Assembly: GCA_012799185.1 (NCBI GenBank)
Contig: JAAZLS010000009.1
Location: forward strand, 1-63,216
From: Bacillota bacterium
Lineage (GTDB): Bacteria > Bacillota > Dethiobacteria > DTU022
DNA: 63,216 nucleotides
Direction of reading: 5' to 3'
Shown here: one piece after another, positions 55,538-63,216 of the stretch
Numbering within the stretch: position 1 is the stretch's first letter
Layout: each line of letters opens with the position of its first letter
Made by a program: the position numbers and the translations under genes
Notes under the pieces: model-generated
What the model was told of the DNA's origin: nothing
Databases searched by the model: none
Seen by the model: only the letters and a program-made list of their open reading frames with translations

Positions 55538-56203
55538 TTAATCTAGCGAATAGATACGGTACAGGGGACCATGCGCCGGGTCCCGAAACTCCAACCTAAC
55601 CTCGATCTGTTCTACTAGGACCTCCGGCCCTGTTAGAACTATCTCCAGGGCCAGTTTAGATAAAACATTTGGCCCCAGTTCGGGAAAATAGAGTTCAATA
55701 AAGCCAGGATCCGGCTGTTCACTTTCAAAATGTACCTTGTAGCGGCTCTCCTCCCCCAGCTCGACTAGTTCAACCAGGAACCGGGGGAAATTTTCTTGCA
55801 AGGACCCTATTATCTCTGCCGGGGAGGTAATAAAGCTGGATAGGCTCTCCAATTGTAGCCTTTCAACCCTCTCCCAGTTTTTTTTATCTCCTGCCTTTAT
55901 ATATAGAGTTTCATTTTTATATTGTACCTCCAGGCAGTGGGCGGGAATCGTCCCCCGGATTTCGGTCCAATTTTGAACTTTACCCTCGAATTTAAGCCGG
56001 TAACCGGGGGAATGTTCTTCAATCGCCAGGGGGTATTCAGCCCGATCCGACAGGTTCTCCCAGGCCTGGCTTAACAGCTCTGGGGCGGTTGGAAGCCGGA
56101 CCTGAGGTTGTTTTAAAAATAAAAGGGCGGCAATGAATACTACTGCCGCCACCAGGCAGGCCAGGGCCAGTTGACCCGGGTTTCTGGTTTGTAATCTCCT
56201 CAT
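55538..56203 (-). CDS. membrane-anchored hypothetical protein
   Basis: An N-terminal TM (LALACLVAAVVFIAALLF) followed by a ~190-aa extracytoplasmic domain. No family was recognised. Confidence 0.4.
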   Translation of the reverse strand: MRRLQTRNPGQLALACLVAAVVFIAALLFLKQPQVRLPTAPELLSQAWENLSDRAEYPLAIEEHSPGYRLKFEGKVQNWTEIRGTIPAHCLEVQYKNETLYIKAGDKKNWERVERLQLESLSSFITSPAEIIGSLQENFPRFLVELVELGEESRYKVHFESEQPDPGFIELYFPELGPNVLSKLALEIVLTGPEVLVEQIEVRLEFRDPAHGPLYRIYSLD

Positions 56204-56308
56204 TTAGTGCCGCCCCTAATTTTATTATCTTTTCAAATATATGCCCGGTTATCCAGGCATATTCTAATCCCGGTCATCTATTGCTGGTTAAATGTTAATA
56301 GCCGGGCC

Positions 56309-57748
56309 CTATCTCCTTTTATCTCCTTTAATCACCGCCCGTGGAACAAGCCGCGCCACCTTTTTAGTAAAATCAATCTCGGTAAAGGTATCGATTACTG
56401 CCTCAATATCTTTATAAGCCTGGGGAGCCTCATCTAAAAACGGCTTATGGCTCCGGCCTAGAAGAAGGATATCTTCCATTATACCTTTAAACTCGGAAAC
56501 ATTAATCTTACGGCGGGCTGCCCGGCGGGAAAGAACCCGTCCGGCGCCATGATTAACGGAGTAAAAAGTCTCGACGACCTTTTCCCCGGCTACTACCACA
56601 TAAGAAGAGGTCCCCATGCTCCCCGGAATTAATATAGGATGACCGATCGGTTGGTAGGCCGGGGGGTTACCGGGGTGACCCGGTGGGAGTGCTCTTACCG
56701 CTCCCTTGCGATGAATTAAGGCCTCTCTACCGTTTACCGATTCAAACTTGGCGATATTATGGGCCACATCGTAAACCAAGCCCAGATCGTAATCCATATC
56801 TTTTCCTCCCAACACCGACGCAAAGGCCTTGCGTACATCGTCAGTAATCCACTGGCGGTTGCAAAATGCAAAATTTGCCGCGCAGGCCATGGCAGCTAGG
56901 TAACTCTCTCCCTGGGAGGATTTTATAGGAACCGCCGCCAACCCGGCGGTAGGTATATCGAGTTTCATTTTTTTAGCCGCACTGAGCATCTCCGCCGAAT
57001 AATCGGTGCAGATCTGGTGACCAAAGCCCCGGCTTCCGGTATGGATTAAGACGGTCAGCATACCCTCCTCTAAATCTAGCAGCCCGGCGGCCTCCCGGTC
57101 AAAAATTTTGTCTACCCGCCCCAACTCAATAAAATGGTTACCAGCTCCAAGGGTTGAGAACTGATCTCCTCGCTGGATCGCCTTCTCACTGACTGCATTT
57201 AAATCGGCGCCTTTTAAAAAGCCCCCTTCTTCGATATAACTAGCATCCTCGGCACGACCAAAACCCAGCTCCAATAGATGGGGTACCCCCCGGTGAACCA
57301 GTTGGCGGAAATGCTGTTTGGCCAAGGAGGCATGCTTGCTTTTTTTACCTATCCCGCTGGGAACCCGCTCGACAATGGCATTTATTAATTTCCGTAAAAC
57401 GGGCTTATCGAGAGAGTCGGCCTCGATATTAGTTCGAAGTAGTCGTACTCCACAATTAATATCCATCCCGACCGCACCGGCGGAGACCAGCCCTTGGGAG
57501 GAATCCATGGCCATGACTCCCCCGATAGGTAAACCAAAGCCGGTATGAATATCGGGCATTCCAACAACCGGGCTTAACACGCCGGTGAGCGAAGCACCGT
57601 CCATCAATTGTTGTAGGGATTCGGTTTCGGAAAAAGTCCGGTATAGTTCCCGGTTTAAATAAACTATTGCCTCCACTTTCATCGGGCCTTGCCGTGGTAT
57701 TCGGTAACGGTTAGGACCCGCTTCTTTCAATAGGGTCAATAAGATCAT
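56309..57748 (-). CDS. rtcB: RNA 3'-phosphate/5'-OH ligase RtcB
   Basis: MPD.H.G.G.PIGGV, DINCGVR, GAGNHFIE, HTGSRG.GHQ and NHGAGR match the RtcB metal and GMP-His motifs. Confidence 0.93.
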   Translation of the reverse strand: MILLTLLKEAGPNRYRIPRQGPMKVEAIVYLNRELYRTFSETESLQQLMDGASLTGVLSPVVGMPDIHTGFGLPIGGVMAMDSSQGLVSAGAVGMDINCGVRLLRTNIEADSLDKPVLRKLINAIVERVPSGIGKKSKHASLAKQHFRQLVHRGVPHLLELGFGRAEDASYIEEGGFLKGADLNAVSEKAIQRGDQFSTLGAGNHFIELGRVDKIFDREAAGLLDLEEGMLTVLIHTGSRGFGHQICTDYSAEMLSAAKKMKLDIPTAGLAAVPIKSSQGESYLAAMACAANFAFCNRQWITDDVRKAFASVLGGKDMDYDLGLVYDVAHNIAKFESVNGREALIHRKGAVRALPPGHPGNPPAYQPIGHPILIPGSMGTSSYVVVAGEKVVETFYSVNHGAGRVLSRRAARRKINVSEFKGIMEDILLLGRSHKPFLDEAPQAYKDIEAVIDTFTEIDFTKKVARLVPRAVIKGDKRR

Positions 57749-57882
57749 TCCTCTCTTTTCTATAAACTAATGTACAGGGATACAGGCAGAATCGTGTCAC
57801 CGATGATGACATGGCCGGCACAGTTCTTTCGATGGGGTGACGGTATTATATAAAGATGGGGGGGTGTAGCCTTACCGGGGGT

Positions 57883-58659
57883 TTAAGACAGGCGCTCTAC
57901 AATTTTTTTTAGTTCCGGTAAAAAGGCATTATTCGTCAAATTAAAATGAACCGGAGTAATAGAGATATAACCATCCCGATCGGCCTGTACATCGGTGCCC
58001 TCTATCCCCTTCTCCTCCACCAGTTCGCCAGCCAGCCAGTAATAGACCCGCCCCCGGGGGTCGGTTCTCCGCTCAAAGGCGTTACGGTATTTTCTGCGAC
58101 CCAGGGTTGTCGCCCGGGCACCTTTTACCCGACGGTTACCCGGAACATTGATATTAAACAGGGTCCCCGAGGGAAATTCGGTATGTAAAACATGGGGGAG
58201 CAGGCGGCGGACGAAATCGGCAGCATAGGAAAAATCATCGCCGTTACTAAGCGATACCGCCACAGCCGGTACGCCTAGAATTATCCCTTCGACCGCAGCC
58301 GATACCGTACCCGAATATAAGACATCGGTGCCTAGGTTTGAACCGTTATTAATACCTGATATTACCAGCCGGGGTTTTTCGGAGAGAATTGCCTCAACGG
58401 CCAACTTAACACAGTCGGAAGGGGTGCCGTTAACAGACCAGCCCTCTAGCCCCGGGTTATGTAGAAATCGTACTTTTTCCGCTCTTAACGGGCGGTGCAT
58501 CGTTATAGCATGTCCCACGGCGCTCTGTTCGTGGTTGGGGGCTACTACCAGGAGCTCGTACCGGAGACCTTTGGGAGGCGGGAATAGCGCCTGGCATAGC
58601 ATCTGGATCCCCTCGGCATGAATGCCATCATCGTTGGTAATTAAAATTGTTTCCTTCAT
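57883..58659 (-). CDS. surE: 5'/3'-nucleotidase SurE
   Basis: ILITNDDGI, SGINNGSNLG and YSGTV..A.EG are present. The ATG at 58659 follows GCAGGAGG. Confidence 0.9.
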   Translation of the reverse strand: MKETILITNDDGIHAEGIQMLCQALFPPPKGLRYELLVVAPNHEQSAVGHAITMHRPLRAEKVRFLHNPGLEGWSVNGTPSDCVKLAVEAILSEKPRLVISGINNGSNLGTDVLYSGTVSAAVEGIILGVPAVAVSLSNGDDFSYAADFVRRLLPHVLHTEFPSGTLFNINVPGNRRVKGARATTLGRRKYRNAFERRTDPRGRVYYWLAGELVEEKGIEGTDVQADRDGYISITPVHFNLTNNAFLPELKKIVERLS

Positions 58660-59983
58660 GTAAACCTCCTGCATTATCCCGGCCCTTCTTCCCCGTTAAC
58701 CGGTAAGCCCGCCGGGAAGCCTCATAGATGATCCGCTCTTCGTCCAGTGTGGTAAGGGAGCCGTTGTCAACCAGGATCTGCCCGTCAACCATGACCAGCG
58801 AAACATCGGCGGCAGCGGCAGAATAGACCAGGTGGGCCGAGGGATCAAAAATTGGATTGAGGTGGGGTAGATCCCCCTTCAGGCCGATCAGATCCGCCCG
58901 GTAGCCCACCTTTAGTTTACCCAGGCGGGGAAGTCTCAGCACCTCCGCCCCGTTGGTCGTAGCCATTTTTAAAGCCGCCCTAGCCGGTATTACCGTTGGA
59001 TCCTGGTGGATTCCTTTCGGTAGCAACGCGGCCAGGAATATCTCCTCCCATAGATCCAGATTATTGTTACTGCCGGCACCGTCGGTACCTAAAGAAACTT
59101 TAACTCCCGCCTTCAGGAGTTCGTTCAGGGGAGCAATACCGCTGCCCAGCTTTAGGTTGCTCCCAGGGTTATGGGCTACCCCTACGCCCTGCTGGGCCAG
59201 GATCGAGATATCACGGTCACTTAGGTGTACACAATGAGCTGCAATCACCTCAAATTGAAATAGCCCGACATGTTCCATCAACTCTACCGGAGAGAGTCCA
59301 TATTTTTGGCGGCACCGCTCCACCTCCCCCGCGGTCTCTGCAAGATGGATCTGTAGCGGGCGACCAGTTCGAGCGGCTATAGCCATAACCTTTTTTAGAA
59401 ATCCCGGGGGGCAGGTATAGGGGGCATGGGGTCCCAGCGAGGTGTTAATCCGGCCGTTCTCTTTGCCCTGCCAGTTGTTAATAAAGCTTTCGGCCTCCCG
59501 CAGCATTCTCCCACCGGCCAGGCCAACACCGGCCAGGCCCCGGGAGAGCATAGCCCGGATCTTGCTCTCGGCTACCGCCTCCGCGGCTCGATCCATGAAA
59601 AAATACATGTCGGTAAAGGTGGTTGTCCCACCTTTTAGCATTTCGGCGATCGCCAGCAGGGTTCCCCAGTAGACATCATCCCCAGTTAAAGCCTTCTCCG
59701 CCGGCCAGATTTTGTCTTCCAGCCACCGCATCAGGGGCAAATCATCGGCATAGCCCCTAAGCAAGGTCATAGCGGCATGGCCGTGGGTGTTAATCAATCC
59801 CGGTAATAGGATCCATTTGTTACCCTCGATGACCCGATCGATCCCGGCTTGCTCTATTCGTTCCGGTCGGGAGACGATAGCGGTAATGGGATCACCCTCT
59901 ACCAGCAGGTCACCACAAAAGTGGTCGGGTTGTTCCTCATCCATCGTTACGATCGTGGCGCCGGTAATCAATATTTTTTTCAC
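58628..59983 (-). CDS. mtaD: 5-methylthioadenosine/S-adenosylhomocysteine deaminase
   Basis: An amidohydrolase with LPGLINTHGHAAMTLLRG.ADD.PL..WL, HL.E and GTDG..SNN motifs typical of MtaD. Confidence 0.85.
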   Translation of the reverse strand: MKKILITGATIVTMDEEQPDHFCGDLLVEGDPITAIVSRPERIEQAGIDRVIEGNKWILLPGLINTHGHAAMTLLRGYADDLPLMRWLEDKIWPAEKALTGDDVYWGTLLAIAEMLKGGTTTFTDMYFFMDRAAEAVAESKIRAMLSRGLAGVGLAGGRMLREAESFINNWQGKENGRINTSLGPHAPYTCPPGFLKKVMAIAARTGRPLQIHLAETAGEVERCRQKYGLSPVELMEHVGLFQFEVIAAHCVHLSDRDISILAQQGVGVAHNPGSNLKLGSGIAPLNELLKAGVKVSLGTDGAGSNNNLDLWEEIFLAALLPKGIHQDPTVIPARAALKMATTNGAEVLRLPRLGKLKVGYRADLIGLKGDLPHLNPIFDPSAHLVYSAAAADVSLVMVDGQILVDNGSLTTLDEERIIYEASRRAYRLTGKKGRDNAGGLHEGNNFNYQR

Positions 59984-60002
59984 TTGATGGCCCCCTTTTG
60001 CC

Positions 60003-61046
60003 TTAAAGAAATAAGGAGTTTACTTTATCCTGATCGGGTTGCCTGATAACGGCCTTCTCTGTAATGAGGGCACTAACCAGGGCAGCCGGAGTAACGTCAA
60101 AGGCCGGATTATAGGCTTCGATCCCGGTAGGGGCAACGGCCTCTCCCCCGGTGCCGGTAATTTCTTCCGGACCCCGTTCTTCAATAACAATTTTTTCCCC
60201 GTCGGGCAGGGTGCGATCAATAGTTGAGCAGGGGGCGGCAACATAGAATGGAATCCGGTGGTGGCGGGCCAGCACCGCCAGGGAATAGGTACCGATTTTA
60301 TTGGCAGTATCACCGTTAGCAGCGATGCGATCCGCCCCTACAATTACCAGGTCAACTTTCCGCTTAGCCATCAGGTGGGCGGCACAGTTGTCAATAATTA
60401 ATGTAGACGGTATGCCCTCCCGGACAAGTTCAAAAGATGTTAACCGGGCTCCCTGCAAAAAAGGCCGGGTCTCGGAGGCATAAACCCGGAGCACCTTTCC
60501 CTGTTTAAAGGCCGAACGAATAACCCCCAATGCCGTTCCGTAACCCCCGGTAGCCAAGGCGCCCGCATTGCAATGGGTAAGTAGGGAGGCCCCGGGGGGT
60601 ATCAGCTCCGCTCCCAGATCCCCCAACCGGCGATTTGTTACCATATCTTCTTCGAAAATGGAGCAGGCCTCTTCTTCTAGGCAAGCCGCCAACTCCAGGA
60701 GATCCGTAGAATCACTTTCCTCCAGCCGGGCCAGGATCCGCTGTAGACCCCAATGAAGGTTTACCGCGGTGGGACGGGAGCGGCGAAGTTTTTCGGAGGC
60801 GGCGTTAAGAGCCAAAACAAATTCCCGGCGACCGGGGTTCTCCTCCGCCACCCTGTAAGCCGCTAAAACCAAGCCAAAAGCGGCACTTATACCGATTGCC
60901 GGCGCCCCCCGGACAACCATTTTATTGATCGCCCCGGCCACCTGCTCCGCTGTACGACAGGAGCGATAAACTATTTCTCCCGGAAGTAATCGCTGATCCA
61001 GCAGTTTTAGACAACCATTTTCCCAGCGAAGCGTATCGGGCATCAT
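60003..61046 (-). CDS. mtnA: S-methyl-5-thioribose-1-phosphate isomerase
   Basis: An eIF-2B alpha/beta/delta-like fold with LDQR.LP, VRGAPAIG, THCNAG.LAT, ETRP.LQGARLT and GADRIAANGD.ANKIGTY. The ATG at 61046 overlaps the mtnP TGA. Confidence 0.9.
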   Translation of the reverse strand: MMPDTLRWENGCLKLLDQRLLPGEIVYRSCRTAEQVAGAINKMVVRGAPAIGISAAFGLVLAAYRVAEENPGRREFVLALNAASEKLRRSRPTAVNLHWGLQRILARLEESDSTDLLELAACLEEEACSIFEEDMVTNRRLGDLGAELIPPGASLLTHCNAGALATGGYGTALGVIRSAFKQGKVLRVYASETRPFLQGARLTSFELVREGIPSTLIIDNCAAHLMAKRKVDLVIVGADRIAANGDTANKIGTYSLAVLARHHRIPFYVAAPCSTIDRTLPDGEKIVIEERGPEEITGTGGEAVAPTGIEAYNPAFDVTPAALVSALITEKAVIRQPDQDKVNSLFL

Positions 61047-61864
61047 TTTATCACGCCTCCCCGGGTCCCGGAATTTGTGGGCCAATGCCGGCCGCCCAGC
61101 TCACATTCACAGGTTTTAACCGTTGGAATTTCAGTCAAACTGCTCATTAGGAGTAAATCCAACTCTGATTTCCCGTCAACCATAACTTCCAACACTTCTT
61201 CATGGGATAACTTACCGGTAGAGATCCCGGCGGCAAAATTTGTCACCAACGCGATAGTAGCATAACATAACCCGGCTTCCCGGGCAAGGGTCACCTCGGG
61301 AACGTTGGTCATGCCGACCAGGTCGGCACCAAAAAGGGCAAACATCTTTATTTCAGCCGGGGTTTCAAAACGCGGCCCCTCCGTGCAGATATAACAGCCG
61401 CCATCTATTACTTGCTGGTTCAATTTTCGACCAGCCCGCAAAATAGCAGCTCGCAGCTGCGGACAGTAGGGCTGGGTAAAGTCGGTATGGACCACCTCCC
61501 CCTCCTCCCCCTCATAAAAGGTGGAGGGTCGCCCCTTTGTAAAGTCGATAAACTGATCAATAACCACCCGGCTACCGGGGGCCATCCCCTCCCTTAGGCT
61601 CCCGACCGCCGCCGTAGCGATTACCGCCTCGATCCCTAATTCTTTTAAAGCAGTAATATTGGCCCGGTAATTAACCAGGTGGGGTGGAACCGAATGTCGA
61701 TCTCCATGGCGGGCCAGGAAATAGACCTCCCGGTTTTCATACCGCCCCGATTGTAGAAATACCGGGCCGTACCTGGTAGATATTGTTAGCTCCCTCCTCT
61801 CATCGAGCCTGGACTGTTCGTAGACCCCGGTTCCGCCGATAAATGCAATTTTTTGCCGGCCCAT
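61043..61864 (-). CDS. mtnP: S-methyl-5'-thioadenosine phosphorylase
   Basis: IGGTG, FL.RHG..H..PPH.VNYRANI.ALK.LG, GPRFET.AE and VGMT..PE match the MTAP/PNP family. Confidence 0.88.
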   Translation of the reverse strand: MGRQKIAFIGGTGVYEQSRLDERRELTISTRYGPVFLQSGRYENREVYFLARHGDRHSVPPHLVNYRANITALKELGIEAVIATAAVGSLREGMAPGSRVVIDQFIDFTKGRPSTFYEGEEGEVVHTDFTQPYCPQLRAAILRAGRKLNQQVIDGGCYICTEGPRFETPAEIKMFALFGADLVGMTNVPEVTLAREAGLCYATIALVTNFAAGISTGKLSHEEVLEVMVDGKSELDLLLMSSLTEIPTVKTCECELGGRHWPTNSGTRGGVIK

Positions 61865-62001
61865 CTGTTACCTCCTTAAGCAAAATTAAAACCCCAGATC
61901 AAGCCAAAAGCAGCCCTGGGCTGCTCCTGATATCTATAAACCCTCTTAATTTAAATTTCGTCTAATAATGGAAAATTCCTGCTATCGATATCGGTCTGCC
62001 C

Positions 62002-62988
62002 TTAAGCCTTTTGTTTTAGCAGGCGGCGAGTAAGCAACCCGTAGTGCCGGGCATGTTTATTTTTCCCCAGGAGGCGATAGATTGAGGCCAGCTCAAAAGT
62101 AATAAGCGGTTCCCGGGGGTTAATGCGGTAAGCCCGTTCCAGGGAGACCAGGGCATCTTCATAGCGCTCGAGGAAAGAGCAGGCCCTACCCCGGTGTAGT
62201 TCCGCCTCCCAATCTCCGGTGGAGAGTTCCAGGACCCGCTCAAAATTATCCACCGCCTCCCGGTAGCATTGAAGGTTGTAGTATATTGCCGCCCGGTTAA
62301 ACCAGGGCTCAAGTAGACCGGGCTCCTCCTCCGTAGCCTGGGTAAAATAGGGTAACGCCTGTCGGTACTGTTCCTGGGCAGCCAGGACGACTCCCAGGGT
62401 ATTTAAAGCCATCCCCCGAATTAAAGGATCTTTTTCCAAGGCCAGCACCAACTTCAATTCCTTAAAGGCCTCCTCGACCTGACCCGATTGGGCCAAGGCA
62501 ACCCCGAGACAGAAATGACCCAAAATAAAATTTGGCTGCTGTGCAGTAACCTTTTTAAATTCCCCGGCCGCTTCGGATACCATGGAGAGACCCCAAAAGC
62601 CCATGGCTTTTCGAAAAGATGTAATCGCCCCTTCGCCGCTTAAGCATATAAATTCATCTTCTTCATCACCCTCGCTCAAATCAACCTCCCCTTGCCCGGG
62701 CCCGGTATAACTACTCCCGGTAGGGCGTCCAAAGCTCAAGATATCTTCAGCGTCGATATCCATAAACCCAGGGGGAAAACTATCGGGGAGGGAAATAGAG
62801 TAACGTTCCTGGATCTGGTTTACCCGCTCCTCAAATTTAATCCAGTACTGCATACATTTATCCATAGTATTCCGCAAGGAGATTAGGGTTTCAATAATCA
62901 CCTCCCTTTGAGAATCGGTTATTTCACTGGAGAGATCCTGTTCGATAAAGGAGAGCGCTTCAAATATAGCCGTAAACGTGGAAAACAT
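62002..62988 (-). CDS. TPR-repeat protein
   Basis: The C-terminal ~200 aa show repeated 34-aa A/G/Y-patterned helices (e.g. GHFCLGVALAQSGQVEEAFKELKLVLALEKDP). The N-terminal domain is unassigned. Confidence 0.7.
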   Translation of the reverse strand: MFSTFTAIFEALSFIEQDLSSEITDSQREVIIETLISLRNTMDKCMQYWIKFEERVNQIQERYSISLPDSFPPGFMDIDAEDILSFGRPTGSSYTGPGQGEVDLSEGDEEDEFICLSGEGAITSFRKAMGFWGLSMVSEAAGEFKKVTAQQPNFILGHFCLGVALAQSGQVEEAFKELKLVLALEKDPLIRGMALNTLGVVLAAQEQYRQALPYFTQATEEEPGLLEPWFNRAAIYYNLQCYREAVDNFERVLELSTGDWEAELHRGRACSFLERYEDALVSLERAYRINPREPLITFELASIYRLLGKNKHARHYGLLTRRLLKQKA

Positions 62989-63080
62989 CAGAAAACCCTT
63001 CCCTAAAAATCAAGTTGTCTTTAACCTAATCCCATGTTAGAATCTGAAGAAGCAACACAGATATTTTCTTAATTGGTCGG

Positions 63081-63109
63081 TTGACGCTGATTTAAAAATG
63101 CGCTATACT
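63081..63109 (+). promoter_or_regulatory. promoter of tRNA gene
   Basis: TTGACG (63081-63086), a 17-nt spacer, then TATACT (63104-63109). Confidence 0.55.
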
Positions 63110-63139
63110 ATTAATTGCCTTTCGGGGTTTTTTTATTCG

Positions 63140-63215
63140 GCCGACGTAGCTCAATTGGCAGAGCAGCTGATTTGTAATCAGCAGGTTACCAGTTCAAGTC
63201 TGGTCGTCGGCTCCA
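63140..63215 (+). tRNA. tRNA-Thr (anticodon UGU), encoded CCA
   Basis: A hand-folded cloverleaf. Acceptor GCCGACG/CGTCGGC, D arm GCTC-AATTGGCA-GAGC, anticodon arm GCTGA-TTTGTAA-TCAGC (UGU), variable loop AGGTT, T arm ACCAG-TTCAAGT-CTGGT, discriminator T and CCA. Confidence 0.9.
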
Positions 63216-63216
63216 G

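Overview
This 63.2-kb window is a chromosomal segment of a spore-forming Firmicute, probably class Clostridia, judged from spoVK, spoVS, a SpoVB-like flippase, DUF1540, SipW and Bacillus-like synteny (miaB-mutS-mutL-miaA-hfq-spoVK-hflX-ynbB). All calls come from reading the ORF translations and the DNA by eye; no database search was run. Most of the window is housekeeping: proBA, a NifV-like synthase, glucokinase, mismatch repair, tRNA modification, Hfq and HflX. It also holds a complete folate-dependent histidine-utilisation operon (hutH-hutP-hutU-cyclodeaminase-hutI-formimidoyltransferase) and a T-box-controlled leuA. Further genes are a cbpA/dnaJ-hspR-clpB heat-shock operon, a PBP, CapA, a GT4 glycosyltransferase and a COG2984-type ABC importer. 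The remainder comprises gltX, a sirtuin, the Na+-decarboxylase gamma, biotin-carrier and beta subunits, spoVS, rny, upp, rtcB, surE-mtaD-mtnA-mtnP, a TPR protein and tRNA-Thr(UGU). The standout region is an AT-rich accessory cassette on the minus strand (about 37.4-42.2 kb). It reads, in order: a GEMM-I-like structured leader; a TasA/BsaA-like exported protein fused to a CBM2-like domain; a translationally coupled TasA-like paralog; a hairpin plus a perfect 2x30-nt tandem repeat; an intact SipW-type signal peptidase; an ABC-ATPase-like protein with every catalytic motif degenerate; and an 8-TM protein whose C-terminal third is a second SipW-like domain with Ser->Thr and His->Glu at the catalytic positions. 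Other notable cis elements are a textbook HutP site (UAG-N4-UAG-N4-UAG) abutting a terminator in the hutH leader, six phased (G/U)G(U/G)AG pentamers in the ABC-importer leader, a mutL gene whose conserved N-terminus has no canonical start codon, and a long structured leader before rny.
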